Shown piece after piece: positions 11,316-21,711 of a stretch of 64,000 nt of DNA. The first letter of the stretch is position 1, and each line of letters starts with the position of its first letter. The position numbers and the translations under genes were made by a program. The stretch spans positions 160,001 to 224,000 of the forward strand of contig JBDRCO010000087.1 in NCBI GenBank assembly GCA_043821645.1, in the 5' to 3' direction. Below the pieces are notes generated by a model. It was not told where the DNA came from, did no database searches, and saw only the letters and a list, made by a program, of their open reading frames with translations. Source of the stretch: Pseudomonadota bacterium. GTDB taxonomy: Bacteria; Myxococcota; JACRCW01; JAFGSX01.

Positions 11316-12575
11316 ATGCCCGTTCGTCGTGCTGCCCTGCTCGGGCTGTTGCTGGCCCTGTGGTCCCCGCCGTCCCGCGCCGATGACGGTGAGGGGCCGC
11401 GTCCGCCGGCCCAGAAGCAGGGCTTTGACTGGGGGGCGGTGCCGGTGCTGGCCTACAACTCCGACGACGGGTTGGGCTTTGGCGCCCTGGGCAACCTGTT
11501 CTGGCACGAGGGCGGTCTCGATCCCTACAAGTACTCCCTGATGGCCCAGGCCTACGTCACCACCAACTGGGTGCACGCGCACAAGCTCAAGCTCGACGCC
11601 CTCGAGCTGTTTGGCTGGCCGCTGCGGGTGTGGGGTGAGCTGGGCTACTACTCGACGCTCAATCGCACCTACTGCGGCGAGGGCAACGCGGTGACCTGCG
11701 ACCCTGCACCCGCCTCGGCGGCGGCTCGCGCACTGCACCTCGAGGGCCCGGCGCGCGAGCAGTTCGAGCGACGTTACTACCAGTTTCGCTTCATCCAGCC
11801 CTACCTGGCGCTCAACGGGCGCTACCGTCTGACCGAGTTGCCGCACAAGCTCGAGATCATGGCCGGCTGGCGCGGTCACGGCTACCTCTCGGGGGAGCTG
11901 GGGGACCCGACGCCGTACACCGGCAGCCTGTACGCGCAGCGCTTTCCCGACGGCGAGAACGGCTTCGCCAGCGTGTTGCAGCTCGGCGTCATGCTCGACG
12001 GTCGCGACTTCGAGCCCGCGCCCACCAAGGGCTACTGGGTCGAGGCCAGCGTTCGTGGCGCCAGCTGGTTGTGGGGTTCGAGCTGGAACTTCGTGGGCGG
12101 CAACGTGATCCTGCGCGGCTACGTGCCGCTGACCGCGGATCGCCGCCTGGTGCTGGCCTCGCGCTTGACCCTGGACGCCGCTGCCGGGGACATGCCCATC
12201 GAGGAGATCGTGCGCGTGGGCGGCTCCATCGACTACACGGCCCTGGGTGGCGAGTACTTCGGCCGCGGCATTCGCCTGGATCGCTACATCGGTCGCATCA
12301 AGGTGCTGTGGCAGGAGGAGCTGCGCGCCATGGTGGGCGGGGCGGTGATCCTGAACCAGCGGTTCGTACTCATGCTGCTGGGCTTTCTCGACGCCGGCAG
12401 CGTGGGGCTCGACTGGGCAGACTGGGGCGGCGACCCCGCCCGCGTGCTGTGGAGCGCCGGCGGTGGTCTGCGCCTGATGTGGAACGAGAACTTCGTGGTG
12501 CGCATCGACGTCGCGGCCAGCCCCTTCGAACGTGAGGGGCCGGGGGTCTACATCAACCTGTCGAATATCTTCTGA
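11316..12575 (+). CDS. Omp85/BamA-TamA superfamily outer membrane beta-barrel without POTRA domains
   Basis: Signal peptide, PVLAYNSDDGLGFG, LGG..GRG..LDRY motif, GGGLR, terminal Phe. Confidence 0.75.
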   Translation: MPVRRAALLGLLLALWSPPSRADDGEGPRPPAQKQGFDWGAVPVLAYNSDDGLGFGALGNLFWHEGGLDPYKYSLMAQAYVTTNWVHAHKLKLDALELFGWPLRVWGELGYYSTLNRTYCGEGNAVTCDPAPASAAARALHLEGPAREQFERRYYQFRFIQPYLALNGRYRLTELPHKLEIMAGWRGHGYLSGELGDPTPYTGSLYAQRFPDGENGFASVLQLGVMLDGRDFEPAPTKGYWVEASVRGASWLWGSSWNFVGGNVILRGYVPLTADRRLVLASRLTLDAAAGDMPIEEIVRVGGSIDYTALGGEYFGRGIRLDRYIGRIKVLWQEELRAMVGGAVILNQRFVLMLLGFLDAGSVGLDWADWGGDPARVLWSAGGGLRLMWNENFVVRIDVAASPFEREGPGVYINLSNIF

Positions 12576-12719
12576 CGGATCGCTCGCGGCGGGCTCCCCT
12601 CGCACCCGTGACGAGGTCGTCTCTTTGCGTGCTGGCGCCGCACAGCGCACCTTGCTGGAGTCACCAGGCGCGTGCCACAATGCCCGGCAGAGCCGCCGAC
12701 CCAGCGACGAGAACGCCAC

Positions 12720-13995
12720 ATGGCCAAGATCATCAAGAAAGAGCACAGCGGGGTGACCCGTGCGCCGTCGAGCAGCGGCGGCTCGCGCGTGATCAAGGCC
12801 GAGCACACAGGTTCGCGGAGCGCCGTGATCAAGGCCGATACCTTGAGCGGAGAGCCGGGCAGCAAGGTCCTCAAGGTCCAGCCCCCCACCGCGCCCGTCG
12901 AGGGCGACACCGATGTGGCCGTGGAGGCCGTGGACGAGTCCAGCGCCGCAGCCCTCGAAGATACCGAGGCCCTGAGCGTGCCCGACCCGGGTACGGCGGA
13001 TGATCTGGCACCGGATGGCGGCGATGCCATCGACGAGGATGAAGACGGCACTGGAGCAGCGGGCGACGCGGACGAGGACAGTGACGACGAGGATGGCGAC
13101 GCGCTCGACGACATTCCCGGTGCCGAGGACGTCCCGGAGGAGGATGCCGCCCTGCCCCGGGACGTGTTGAGTGATGCGGTGCCGGAGCACACGCCACCGC
13201 CCACCGACCCCGCGGATCCCTTCGCCGAGCCCGCGACACCCTCGGCGCTGCCTCGCGAGGGCAGTGGCATGCATCGCAACGTGCTGCCCCGGGAGAATAG
13301 CTCGCTGCACTCCAACCCCTTCGCCGAGCCCGAGGGCACACCGGCACTGCCCCGGGAGGGCAGCGGGCTGCACCGGCATGGCACGCAGGACTCCGCCAGG
13401 GAGGCTGCGGATCGGCTGGCCCTGCGCCGGGCCACCCCGCGCAACGACGAGCAGGCCGAGGGCATGGCCCGGGCCTTCATCGCCCCGCGCCCAGAGCGAC
13501 GAGCGCGCCCTGCGCGAGATCGTGGAACACGAGATCGCCAGCGCCCTGGTCGAGGCCGAGAAGCACGGTCACAGCACAGGCATGGCTCAGACCAAGCAGC
13601 TGCTGGAGCGCGTCGAGCACCTGGCCGACGGGCTGCTCAAGGAGGTCGAGCCGCAGGCGGTCGAGGCGGCCATCGCTGTGGCACGGCAACTCATCGAGGC
13701 CGAACTCGCCGAGCACCCGCGGGCCATCGTGGCGGTGGTGCGGCAGGCCCTGCTCAGTGCCCGCCAGCAACGCGATGTGTTCGTGCGCGTGAACCCGGTG
13801 CATGTCGAGACCTTGCGCGAGCACCGGCGCGAGGTGGTGGACGTGCTGGGGCGCGCCAAGGACATCGATGTGCGCGAGGATCCGGATCTGGCGCCGGGGG
13901 GTTGCATGGTCGAGACCGAGATCGGAACCATCGACGCGCGCCTGGAGACCCAGTTCGAAGCCCTGGTCCGGCACCTCACCGGTGGAGGTCGCTAG
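12720..13995 (+). pseudogene. FliH/SctL family protein with long acidic N-terminal extension, interrupted by an apparent extra base at 13483-13486
   Basis: MAKIIKKE.. frame reads to ARAFIA; removing one C from the C4 run joins it to RAQSDER...VRVNP...GGCMVETEIGTIDARLETQ (FliH C-terminal domain). Confidence 0.7.
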
Positions 13996-14897
13996 TGGCG
14001 GTGCGCAAGGTCATCAAGGGCGAGGCCCCCGTCGATGCCGCCGCAGCCTCCAGCGCAGCGCTGAGTGATCGCAAGGTCATCGACCGCGAGGTCTTTCACG
14101 CCCAGCAGCGCGCCGAGCAGATCAAGCAAGAGTCGGAGGCCCAGGCCACGACCCGTCGAGCCGAGGGTCAGGCCCAGGCCGAGGAGGTTCATCAGCAGGC
14201 ATTTGCCCGGGGCAGCGCGGACGGCACCTGTCAGGCGGCGCAGCAGGTGATCGCGGGCTACCACAAGCGTGGCGAGACCCTGCGTCAGGCCGTGGACGAT
14301 TGCATCCTCCTGGCCCGGCGCATCTGTGCCAAGGTCATGGGAGCGGAGCTGAAACTCGACGACAGCGAGGTTCGGCGCATTGCCCAGCGAGAGCTGGAAC
14401 GCACCACCAGCCGGCGTCGCGTCACGGTGAGCTTTTCCCCAGATCGTCTGGCCATGCTCGAGGCGAGCGGGCCGCTGCTATGGCGCCGCATCACCTCGCT
14501 GCCGGAGTTTGCCCTGGCGGCAGACAGCGGCCTCCCCGAGGACGTGGCCCAGGTCACCAGCGACGCCGGGGAGATCTCCGTCGACGCCGATCGCGCCGAG
14601 CTCGCCCTGCGCGAGGTCCTCGAGGTCCCCGTGGACAGGGAGCCTGTGCCCGAAGCCGAGCCGGACACAGCGGATCCCCCTGGGGGCGAAGGCGAGGAGT
14701 CCTCGTCCGCCGAGGCATCCCCCGCTTTCGAAGCAAAGGCGACGCAGGAAGAAGACCTGGCCAGGTCCGGGATGCCGCTCGAGGAGCGTATCGCTGGCAG
14801 CGAAGAGGCAGACCCGCCGGAAGGGCTCGACGTCCCTCTGGCGCACGACATTGGGAACCTGGTCGCCGCCATCGACAGCGAAGAGGAGACCCCCTGA
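13995..14897 (+). CDS. second, divergent FliH/SctL-like protein
   Basis: GTG start overlapping upstream TAG with GGAGG RBS; RKVIKGE, EVFHAQQRAEQI, LARRICAKVMG, VTSDAGEISVD; acidic tail. Confidence 0.6.
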   Translation: MAVRKVIKGEAPVDAAAASSAALSDRKVIDREVFHAQQRAEQIKQESEAQATTRRAEGQAQAEEVHQQAFARGSADGTCQAAQQVIAGYHKRGETLRQAVDDCILLARRICAKVMGAELKLDDSEVRRIAQRELERTTSRRRVTVSFSPDRLAMLEASGPLLWRRITSLPEFALAADSGLPEDVAQVTSDAGEISVDADRAELALREVLEVPVDREPVPEAEPDTADPPGGEGEESSSAEASPAFEAKATQEEDLARSGMPLEERIAGSEEADPPEGLDVPLAHDIGNLVAAIDSEEETP

Positions 14898-15048
14898 GCC
14901 CGCGCCTGACCGCTGCCTTGTCGTCGACAAGGCGCTCGTGCTGGCGCGGCCTACGCGTTGACAATCTCCACGCACGCGTGCTAGCCAGACCGCTCGCATT
15001 CGACACAGGAGCCCGTGCCCGCTCCGAGTCCAGCGGGCCAAGAGCACC

Positions 15049-15813
15049 ATGAAAAGCATCCCCCCGCCCCCACCCCCGGTGCCCCGGCATGTGGCCATCA
15101 TCATGGACGGCAACGGGCGCTGGGCGCAGGCCCGCGGGCTGCCGCGACTGGCCGGCCACCGCGAAGGTGCCAAGACCGTCCGCCGCATCGTGACCTACGC
15201 CCGAGAGGCGGGCATCCGCTACCTGACCCTGTATGCCTTCTCGAGCGAGAACTGGAAGCGCCCGCCCACCGAGGTCGCAGGGTTGATGGACCTGCTGCGT
15301 GAGTACCTGCGCGGCGAGCTCAAGACCATGCTCCAGAACGGCATCCGGCTCGACGTCATCGGCGCGGTCGAGCGCTTGCCGGAGTTCGTACGCGAACCCC
15401 TCGAAGAGGCCTGTGAGCGTACCGCCTCCCTCGATGGCATGACCCTGACCCTGGCCCTGTCCTACGGTGGTCGCGACGAGCTGCTCCGCGCGGTCCGGCA
15501 GATCGCCACCGAGGTGCGGGACGGCGATCTCTCGCTCGAGGAGATTGATGATACCTGTCTGGCCAGCCGGCTGGACACCGCCGGACTGCCCGATCCCGAC
15601 CTGCTGATCCGCACGTCCGGCGAGAGCCGCCTGTCCAACTTCTTGCTGTGGCAGGTCGCCTACTCCGAGCTGCTGGTCCTGCCTCAGCCCTGGCCTGATT
15701 TCGATGAGCAGGCCCTGCACGACGCCATCATCGAATACCAGGGCCGGGAGCGTCGCTTTGGCTTGACCGGTGAGCAGGCACGGGTTGCGGCAAGCGCGGG
15801 TGATCGCGGATGA
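15049..15813 (+). CDS. uppS: undecaprenyl diphosphate synthase
   Basis: HVAIIMDGNGRWA, FSSENWKRP, IRTSGESRLSNFLLWQ. Confidence 0.97.
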   Translation: MKSIPPPPPPVPRHVAIIMDGNGRWAQARGLPRLAGHREGAKTVRRIVTYAREAGIRYLTLYAFSSENWKRPPTEVAGLMDLLREYLRGELKTMLQNGIRLDVIGAVERLPEFVREPLEEACERTASLDGMTLTLALSYGGRDELLRAVRQIATEVRDGDLSLEEIDDTCLASRLDTAGLPDPDLLIRTSGESRLSNFLLWQVAYSELLVLPQPWPDFDEQALHDAIIEYQGRERRFGLTGEQARVAASAGDRG

Positions 15814-16622
15814 ACCTTCTGCTGCGCGTCGTCACGGCCGTTGTACTGCTGCCGGGCGTGCTGTACCTGGTCTGGCTCGGTCACACACCTCTGCTGATCC
15901 TGGTGCTGGTGGCCACCACCATCGCCCTGTACGAGTACTTTCACATGTGGGCCAAGGGCGACCCGCCCATGATGGCCACCGGCATGGCCTTGGGGCTGGT
16001 CCCGGCCGCAGTGTCGCTGCTGCGCCCGACCCTGCTCGGCGAGGCCATCGTCGGCGCCATGCTGCTCACGGTGCTCGGCTTCACGCTCAACCCGGGCCCC
16101 TTCGAGACCACCTGGAAGCGCATGGCGACCACGGTGCTGGGCCTCGTCTACTGTGGGGTGACCCTCTCCTTCCTGTATCGCCTGCGCATGGAGCACCCCG
16201 ACGTCGAGGGCCGTGGCTGGGTCTACCTGGTGATGATGGTGACCTGGGCCAACGATACCTGCGCGTACTTCGCGGGCCGCGCTCTGGGCAAGCACAAGTT
16301 GTTTCCACTGCTCAGCCCCAAGAAGACCTGGGAGGGTGCCGTCGGTGGCCTCGCCGGCTCGGTGGTCGGCGCTCTGGTCGGGCATTTCTGGTTCGCCACC
16401 CACATCGGCCTGGTCGAGGCGCTGGTGCTGGGTGCGGTGGCCGGCGTGCTGGCGCCGGTGGGCGACCTGGCCGAGTCCCTGGCCAAGCGCTCCTTCGACA
16501 CCAAGGACTCCGGGGCCTTGCTGCCTGGTCACGGCGGTCTGCTCGATCGCATCGACGCGATCCTGATCACGGGTCCCTTCATCTACCTGTTCGCCGCCCT
16601 GCTTCACCCGCTGTTCCGCTGA
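15810..16622 (+). CDS. cdsA: phosphatidate cytidylyltransferase
   Basis: SPKKTWEG, KDSGALLPGHGGLLDRID. Confidence 0.96.
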   Translation: MNLLLRVVTAVVLLPGVLYLVWLGHTPLLILVLVATTIALYEYFHMWAKGDPPMMATGMALGLVPAAVSLLRPTLLGEAIVGAMLLTVLGFTLNPGPFETTWKRMATTVLGLVYCGVTLSFLYRLRMEHPDVEGRGWVYLVMMVTWANDTCAYFAGRALGKHKLFPLLSPKKTWEGAVGGLAGSVVGALVGHFWFATHIGLVEALVLGAVAGVLAPVGDLAESLAKRSFDTKDSGALLPGHGGLLDRIDAILITGPFIYLFAALLHPLFR

Positions 16623-16770
16623 TCCCTTTTTCTCTGAACGGCGCGAATCCGTGGGCGAAACGAAGCCCGCAGCGAGCGACGACCCCGCAAGTCCCCGCGG
16701 AAAAGTACAAGAAGACCCGCCCCGTCGCGGGGGGGGGCACACCACAAACGCCGGGGCTAGAAAAATCGGT

Positions 16771-17751
16771 TCAGTACTTCACCAGAGCTGCACTCCAGGC
16801 CATGCCCGCGCCGATGGCGAGCATGAGGAGCAGATCGCCGCGCTGGATGCGGCCATCGCGCACCGCCAGGTCCAGGCTGGTGGGCACCGAGGCCGCGCTG
16901 GTGTTGCCAGTCCATTCGATGGTGAGGATGAAGCGGTCGAGGGGCAGGCGCATGCGTGCGGGCAGGGCGTCCAGGATGCGCTGGTTGGCCTGGTGGGCCA
17001 CCACCCAGCGCACGTCGTCGATGGTGACGCCGCTTTGCGCGAGCAACTCCTCGGTGATCTCGCACAGGGCGCGCACCGCGAACTTGAACACCTCGCGACC
17101 CTGCATGTGGACCGTGAAGTCCTCGACACTGCCACCGCGCTTGGCCGGGTGTGCACTGCCTCCGCCCGGGACGTGAATCCACTCCCAGTGCCTGCCGTCC
17201 GTGTGTGTGGTCACGCCGAGCAATTGCGAGCCGCTGCCGTCGTCGGGCCCCACCACCATGGCGCCGGCCGCGTCGCCGAACAGTACGCAGGTGTTGCGGT
17301 CGTGCTCGTTGACGATGCGGGTCATGCTCTCGGCGCCAACGATCAGGGCGTGTTTCACCCGACCGCTGTGCATGAACTGCGACACCACGTCGAGGGCCAC
17401 CATCGATCCCGCGCAGGCCGCCGACAGGTCAAAGGCAAAGGCCCGGTGTGCTCCCAGCTTTTCCTGCACGCGCACGGCGCAGGACGGGACGAACATATCG
17501 GGCGTGACGGTGGCGATCACGATCAGGTCCAGGTCCTGGGCTGTCAGGCCAGCGGCCTCAAGGGCCTTCTGAGCAGCGGCAACGGCCATGTCGCTGGTGC
17601 CCAGCTTGTCGTCGAGCACGCGGCGTTCACGGATCCCGGTCCGCTCCACGATCCAGGCGTCGTTGGTGTCCACGCGCTGTTCGAGCTCCGCGTTGGTCAA
17701 CCGCCGCTCGGGAAAAAAGGACCCGGTACCGAGGATGCGCAAGGAGGTCAT
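16771..17751 (-). CDS. fabH: 3-oxoacyl-ACP synthase III
   Basis: AACAG, LFGDAAGA, HQANQRI, GNTSAAS. Confidence 0.95.
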   Translation of the reverse strand: MTSLRILGTGSFFPERRLTNAELEQRVDTNDAWIVERTGIRERRVLDDKLGTSDMAVAAAQKALEAAGLTAQDLDLIVIATVTPDMFVPSCAVRVQEKLGAHRAFAFDLSAACAGSMVALDVVSQFMHSGRVKHALIVGAESMTRIVNEHDRNTCVLFGDAAGAMVVGPDDGSGSQLLGVTTHTDGRHWEWIHVPGGGSAHPAKRGGSVEDFTVHMQGREVFKFAVRALCEITEELLAQSGVTIDDVRWVVAHQANQRILDALPARMRLPLDRFILTIEWTGNTSAASVPTSLDLAVRDGRIQRGDLLLMLAIGAGMAWSAALVKY

Positions 17752-17806
17752 GGGGAGGATACCTCTGATGCTGCCACGTCGTCGTCGACGCTCGGGCAGC
17801 CGCGCT

Positions 17807-17836
17807 TTGACAAGGCGTCGTGCGCCTGGATAACGT
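17807..17836 (+). promoter_or_regulatory. candidate sigma70 promoter for the Ser/Thr kinase gene
   Basis: TTGACA-18 nt-TAACGT. Confidence 0.45.
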
Positions 17837-17950
17837 CATCTCGACGCAAAAGAAAGTGCCGTCGCCGAAAATCGCGTGCCGCGCTGCGCCATGGATGACG
17901 CTCCGCGGCGACAGAGCGTTCACAGTACAAAGGCGGAGCAGGCTGCGATC

Positions 17951-19762
17951 ATGAGCGAGAAGAAGGTCGAGGACCCCATCCTGAACAGCGTGGTGGCGGG
18001 TCGCTACGAGGTCTACGCCAAGCTGGGAGAGGGCGGCATGGGCGCTGTGTATGCCGCCCGGCAGGCCCCCCTGGGCCGCACCGTCGCCCTCAAGGTACTG
18101 CTCAAGCAGCTGTCCAAGGACCCCATCGCCATCAAGCGTTTCGAGAAAGAGGCGCTGGCCATCAGCAGACTGGCCCACCCCAACACCGTCACCATCTTCG
18201 ACTTCGGCACCACCGATCAGGGCCTGATGTACATCGCCATGGAGTTCCTCGAGGGACGCTCCCTGCGCGACGTGATTGGCAACGAGGCACCGCTGCGCCC
18301 TCGGCGGGTCGTGCGCATCCTGGCGCAGATGGTGCGAGCGCTCAGCGAGGCGCACCAGCGCGGCGTGATTCACCGCGACCTCAAGCCCGACAACATCATG
18401 CTGGTACCTACCGCCGGCGAGCCCGACTTCGTCAAGGTGCTCGACTTTGGCGTGGCCAAGCTGCGCGCGCCCGAAGGTGGCCCCGCGGTCAAGACCCTGA
18501 CCCAGGGCGACGTCATCTTCGGCACGCCGCGCTACATGAGCCCCGAGCAGGTCAACGGCATCATGGACGACCCCCGCAGCGATCTGTATGCGGTGGGTGC
18601 CATCGCCTACGAGATGCTGGCCAGCGTGCCTGTGTTCGATGGCGATTCGGCCATGACCATTCTCATCAAGCAGGTCCAGGACCCGCCGCGGCCCTTTGCT
18701 CGCCTGCCCAGACCCATCGAGGTGCCCGAGGCGCTCGAGGCGCTGGTGCTGCGCTTGCTATGCAAGGATCGCGAGCAGCGAATCCAGAGCGCGGATGCAC
18801 TGCTCGAGGCCCTCGACGAGTTACCTGTGCTCGGTGGCGGTCTGCGCCCTGCCTCCGGGCGTACCGAGACCATGGTCAAGCCCATGTTGACTCCCGACGC
18901 CACGCCGCGGGTGGGTACGGAGCTGATGGGGAGCAACTTCGCCCGCCCGCCAGCCCCCCTGCCGGGCGGTTCCGGCGCGGAGACAGCGGCGCTGAGTCCG
19001 CCCGCCACGGCACCGTCACCGGGGGCGGCCGAGCTGGCCGCAACCATCCCACCGAGCGAGGGGACAGCTCCGGTGCGCCGTTCTCCTGTCGCGCCGGCAC
19101 CAGCCACTTCTACCGACGACGACGTGGAGCTGCCGCGCCGCCGCGGGGGGCTGTGGCTCGCCCTGGCGGGTGGCTTGGTGCTGGTTGCTGCGGTGACGGT
19201 GTGGGCCCTGTCCGGTGACAAGGCGGCGCCGTTTCCGGACGACACCTCGGTGGCTGCACCTGCCCAGGCAGCCCTCGCGATCGTGGTCGAACCCGAGGGT
19301 GCCCTGATCACCGTCGACGGCGAACTTCGTGGTCAGGCTCCGCAGACCGTGCAGGTGTCCACCGGGCGCAGCCACCTGATCGAGGCCACGCTGGCGGGAT
19401 ATCTCCCTCAATCGAAGCAGGTGGCTGTCGAGCAGGCCACCCGCGTGGTCTTGAGCCTGCAAGCGGAGTCCCGTGACGTCGGGCCAGCGCCGGGCGAACG
19501 CGATGCAGGAGCCACCTCGCCCGGTGTCCGTCCCGGGACCGGAGCCAGGCCTGTCCCCGGCGCCACGAAAGGCAAACCCGATGCGGCGCAGGCGACGGCT
19601 GAACCGCAGCCCCAGGTCACCCCCGAGCCGAAGCCGGAGCCAAACCCGGAACCCAAGCCCGAACCCAAGCCCAAGCCGGAGGCCAAGCCGAAACCCAAGC
19701 CGGGGTTCGAGATCGACGACAGCGACTTCGAGAAGTTCGACGAGTTCAAACCCATCGAGTGA
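17951..19762 (+). CDS. membrane Ser/Thr protein kinase with PEGA domain and PEPK-repeat tail
   Basis: GEGGMG, VALK, HRDLKPDN, DFG, GTPRYMSPE; TM helix; PEGALITVDG. Confidence 0.92.
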   Translation: MSEKKVEDPILNSVVAGRYEVYAKLGEGGMGAVYAARQAPLGRTVALKVLLKQLSKDPIAIKRFEKEALAISRLAHPNTVTIFDFGTTDQGLMYIAMEFLEGRSLRDVIGNEAPLRPRRVVRILAQMVRALSEAHQRGVIHRDLKPDNIMLVPTAGEPDFVKVLDFGVAKLRAPEGGPAVKTLTQGDVIFGTPRYMSPEQVNGIMDDPRSDLYAVGAIAYEMLASVPVFDGDSAMTILIKQVQDPPRPFARLPRPIEVPEALEALVLRLLCKDREQRIQSADALLEALDELPVLGGGLRPASGRTETMVKPMLTPDATPRVGTELMGSNFARPPAPLPGGSGAETAALSPPATAPSPGAAELAATIPPSEGTAPVRRSPVAPAPATSTDDDVELPRRRGGLWLALAGGLVLVAAVTVWALSGDKAAPFPDDTSVAAPAQAALAIVVEPEGALITVDGELRGQAPQTVQVSTGRSHLIEATLAGYLPQSKQVAVEQATRVVLSLQAESRDVGPAPGERDAGATSPGVRPGTGARPVPGATKGKPDAAQATAEPQPQVTPEPKPEPNPEPKPEPKPKPEAKPKPKPGFEIDDSDFEKFDEFKPIE

Positions 19763-19764
19763 TC

Positions 19765-20763
19765 ATGCGATCAGCACTGCATATCGGATTGACCGGGTGG
19801 ATGCTGCTATCGGTGGCGGGGTGTGGCCTTTTTGTCGATCGCCTGCCCGAGGGCGTGGTGCTCGATCGCACCGTGCAGGATCGCTTCGTGAACCTCGACG
19901 GCGTCAAGCATCACTACCGGGAGTGGCCAGGTCCGGGGCGCGATATCTTCCTGCAGCACGGCTTTGGCTCTTCGACCTACACTTGGGAGTGGCTGGCGCC
20001 GCAGCTCAACGCAGCGGGGTACCACGTCTGGGCCCTCGACCTGCGCGGCTTTGGCTGGTCCGACAAGCCCCAGGACGCCGCCTACGATCCCCGGGCCCTG
20101 CTCGCGGACATGCACCACTTTCTCGACGACAAGGGCCTGCGCGACCTCATCTTGATCGGGCATTCCCTGGGCGGTGGACTGGCCTGGATGACGGCCGTCG
20201 AGAGACCCGACCTGGTGCAGCGCCTGGTGCTCATCGACGCCGCTGGCTACACCGGCAGCGTGCCCGCGGTGATTCACCTGGCCAGCTGGCCTCTGGCCGA
20301 CCAGCAGATGGAGCTGGTGTTCGGACGCTGGGCTGTGCGCTGGGTGCTGGGCGAGGTCTACCAGCAGGACAGCTTGCTCACCGATGACCGCGTCGACGCC
20401 TACTACGATCGCCTGCGCACCCGGGGCATGCTGCACGCGCAGGCCGAGCTGTCTCGCAGCTTGCTCGACGAGACCATGCACCGGATGAGCCAGCGCATCC
20501 CCGAGGTGCAGCAGCCCACCTTGATCCTGTGGGGCGCTCACGACATCTGGCTCCCGCCTGAGCAGGGTCAGCGCTTTCATCAGGACATCGCGGGTTCGAG
20601 GCTGCAGGTGCTGGACTGCTGCGGTCACATGCCGCAGGAGGAATCGCCCGAGGAGGTGGCGCGACTGATCCTGGACTTCTTGCGCAGCACCGAGCCCGTC
20701 GAGGGACTGACGACGTCTGCCCCCGCTTCACAACCCTCAGGGGCCGAGGCCGAGCGTCCCTAG
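19765..20763 (+). CDS. alpha/beta hydrolase lipoprotein
   Basis: Lipobox VAGC; HGFG, DLRGFGWS, GHSLGG, CGHMPQEE. Confidence 0.88.
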   Translation: MRSALHIGLTGWMLLSVAGCGLFVDRLPEGVVLDRTVQDRFVNLDGVKHHYREWPGPGRDIFLQHGFGSSTYTWEWLAPQLNAAGYHVWALDLRGFGWSDKPQDAAYDPRALLADMHHFLDDKGLRDLILIGHSLGGGLAWMTAVERPDLVQRLVLIDAAGYTGSVPAVIHLASWPLADQQMELVFGRWAVRWVLGEVYQQDSLLTDDRVDAYYDRLRTRGMLHAQAELSRSLLDETMHRMSQRIPEVQQPTLILWGAHDIWLPPEQGQRFHQDIAGSRLQVLDCCGHMPQEESPEEVARLILDFLRSTEPVEGLTTSAPASQPSGAEAERP

Positions 20764-21393
20764 CGCGTTCTTCGTGGCGGGCGCCTGGACCTCACCGCGG
20801 TCGATGAGCGCGGCCAGCCGCACCAGATCCTTCAGCTCGTCCACGTCGAACCAGGGCGGCAGCAGCACGGGGCGCATGCCATTGTCGACCAGCCTGCGCT
20901 GCGTGGCCTGCGCGGTCGTGGGCGCGCTCCAGGGCAGATCCGCCAGCAGTCCCGCAGGGCATCGCCTCAGTGCCAGCAGGTAAAACCCCCCGTCGTCACT
21001 GGGTCCAAGCACGGCGTCGTGTCCGGCGACAAACTCGGCACGGCACTGCTTGAGAAACGCGACCGGGAGTCCCGGTGTGTCTGCACCCAGGGCGATGGCG
21101 ACGTCGGCATCCTGCAGGGCCCGTCGCAACACGCGCTCGATGCGTGCGCCCAGATCGCCTTCACCCTGTTCCCACTGCAGGTTCGCCGGGACGCCGTCGA
21201 CGGGTCCGGTGCACGCGAGCACGCGGCGGACCCAGCTCAGTTGCCGCAGGGCCGCCCAGCTGTCGTCGAGAAAGGCCTGCGCCAGGGTGACCGCTGCATC
21301 GTCACCCAGTGGGGCAGCCAGGCGTGTCTTGACCTGCCCGGCAACGGGGGGCTTGGCAAACAGGCAGCAGGTGATGCGCGGGTCAGCGGCCAC
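20737..21393 (-). CDS. DUF2064/TIGR04282-type glycosyltransferase-like protein
   Basis: FAKPPVAGQVKTRL, QGEGDLGAR, LGADTP, LGPSDDGGFYL, WFDVD. Confidence 0.85.
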   Translation of the reverse strand: MAADPRITCCLFAKPPVAGQVKTRLAAPLGDDAAVTLAQAFLDDSWAALRQLSWVRRVLACTGPVDGVPANLQWEQGEGDLGARIERVLRRALQDADVAIALGADTPGLPVAFLKQCRAEFVAGHDAVLGPSDDGGFYLLALRRCPAGLLADLPWSAPTTAQATQRRLVDNGMRPVLLPPWFDVDELKDLVRLAALIDRGEVQAPATKNALGTLGLGP

Positions 21394-21474
21394 GTGCGCT
21401 CCGCGAACGCACCGGCGAAGCCCGGTGGCGCCCGTCGAGGCAGAACCGCGTCGCGGCCTCTCGCTGCGTGCCCT

Positions 21475-21711
21475 TCACAGCTTGGTATGGCTGCCATCGC
21501 AGTACGGCCTGTTCGCCGAGTGCTTGCAACCACACCACGCGATCTTTTTCGGAGCGTCGAGCTTGACCTCGACGGGGGTGAACTCGGTGCCCTTGTGCGC
21601 ACCACTGCAAAAGGGCTGGGTGGTCGAGCGGCCGCAGGCGCACCACCAGTAGGTGCCAGCTTGCATATCGAGCAGGTATGGCGACTTCTGCGGGACCCTT
21701 GGTTCGCTCAC
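21475..21711 (-). CDS. CDGSH iron-sulfur domain protein (two NEET motifs)
   Basis: WCACGRS..QPFCSGAH and WCGCKHS..PYCDGSH; GGAGG RBS before GTG. Confidence 0.9.
   Translation of the reverse strand: MSEPRVPQKSPYLLDMQAGTYWWCACGRSTTQPFCSGAHKGTEFTPVEVKLDAPKKIAWCGCKHSANRPYCDGSHTKL

Noticed and set aside
12672-14897. Single 741-aa protein as in the ORF track
   Set aside because: The middle is Arg-rich off-frame sequence overlapping a clear FliH domain in another frame; better explained as two genes plus an indel.
16623-16770. Intergenic stretch with a G9 run and a GC hairpin between convergent cdsA and fabH
   Set aside because: No second copy or recognisable RNA motif; at most a terminator-like structure.
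19610-19705. Short tandem DNA repeats
   Set aside because: They simply encode the PEPK/PKPE linker of the kinase.
20737-21393. Arsenosugar or selenosugar (SenB-like) pathway linked to selD
   Set aside because: A lone DUF2064-type gene with none of the partner genes adjacent; selD is over 22 kb away.
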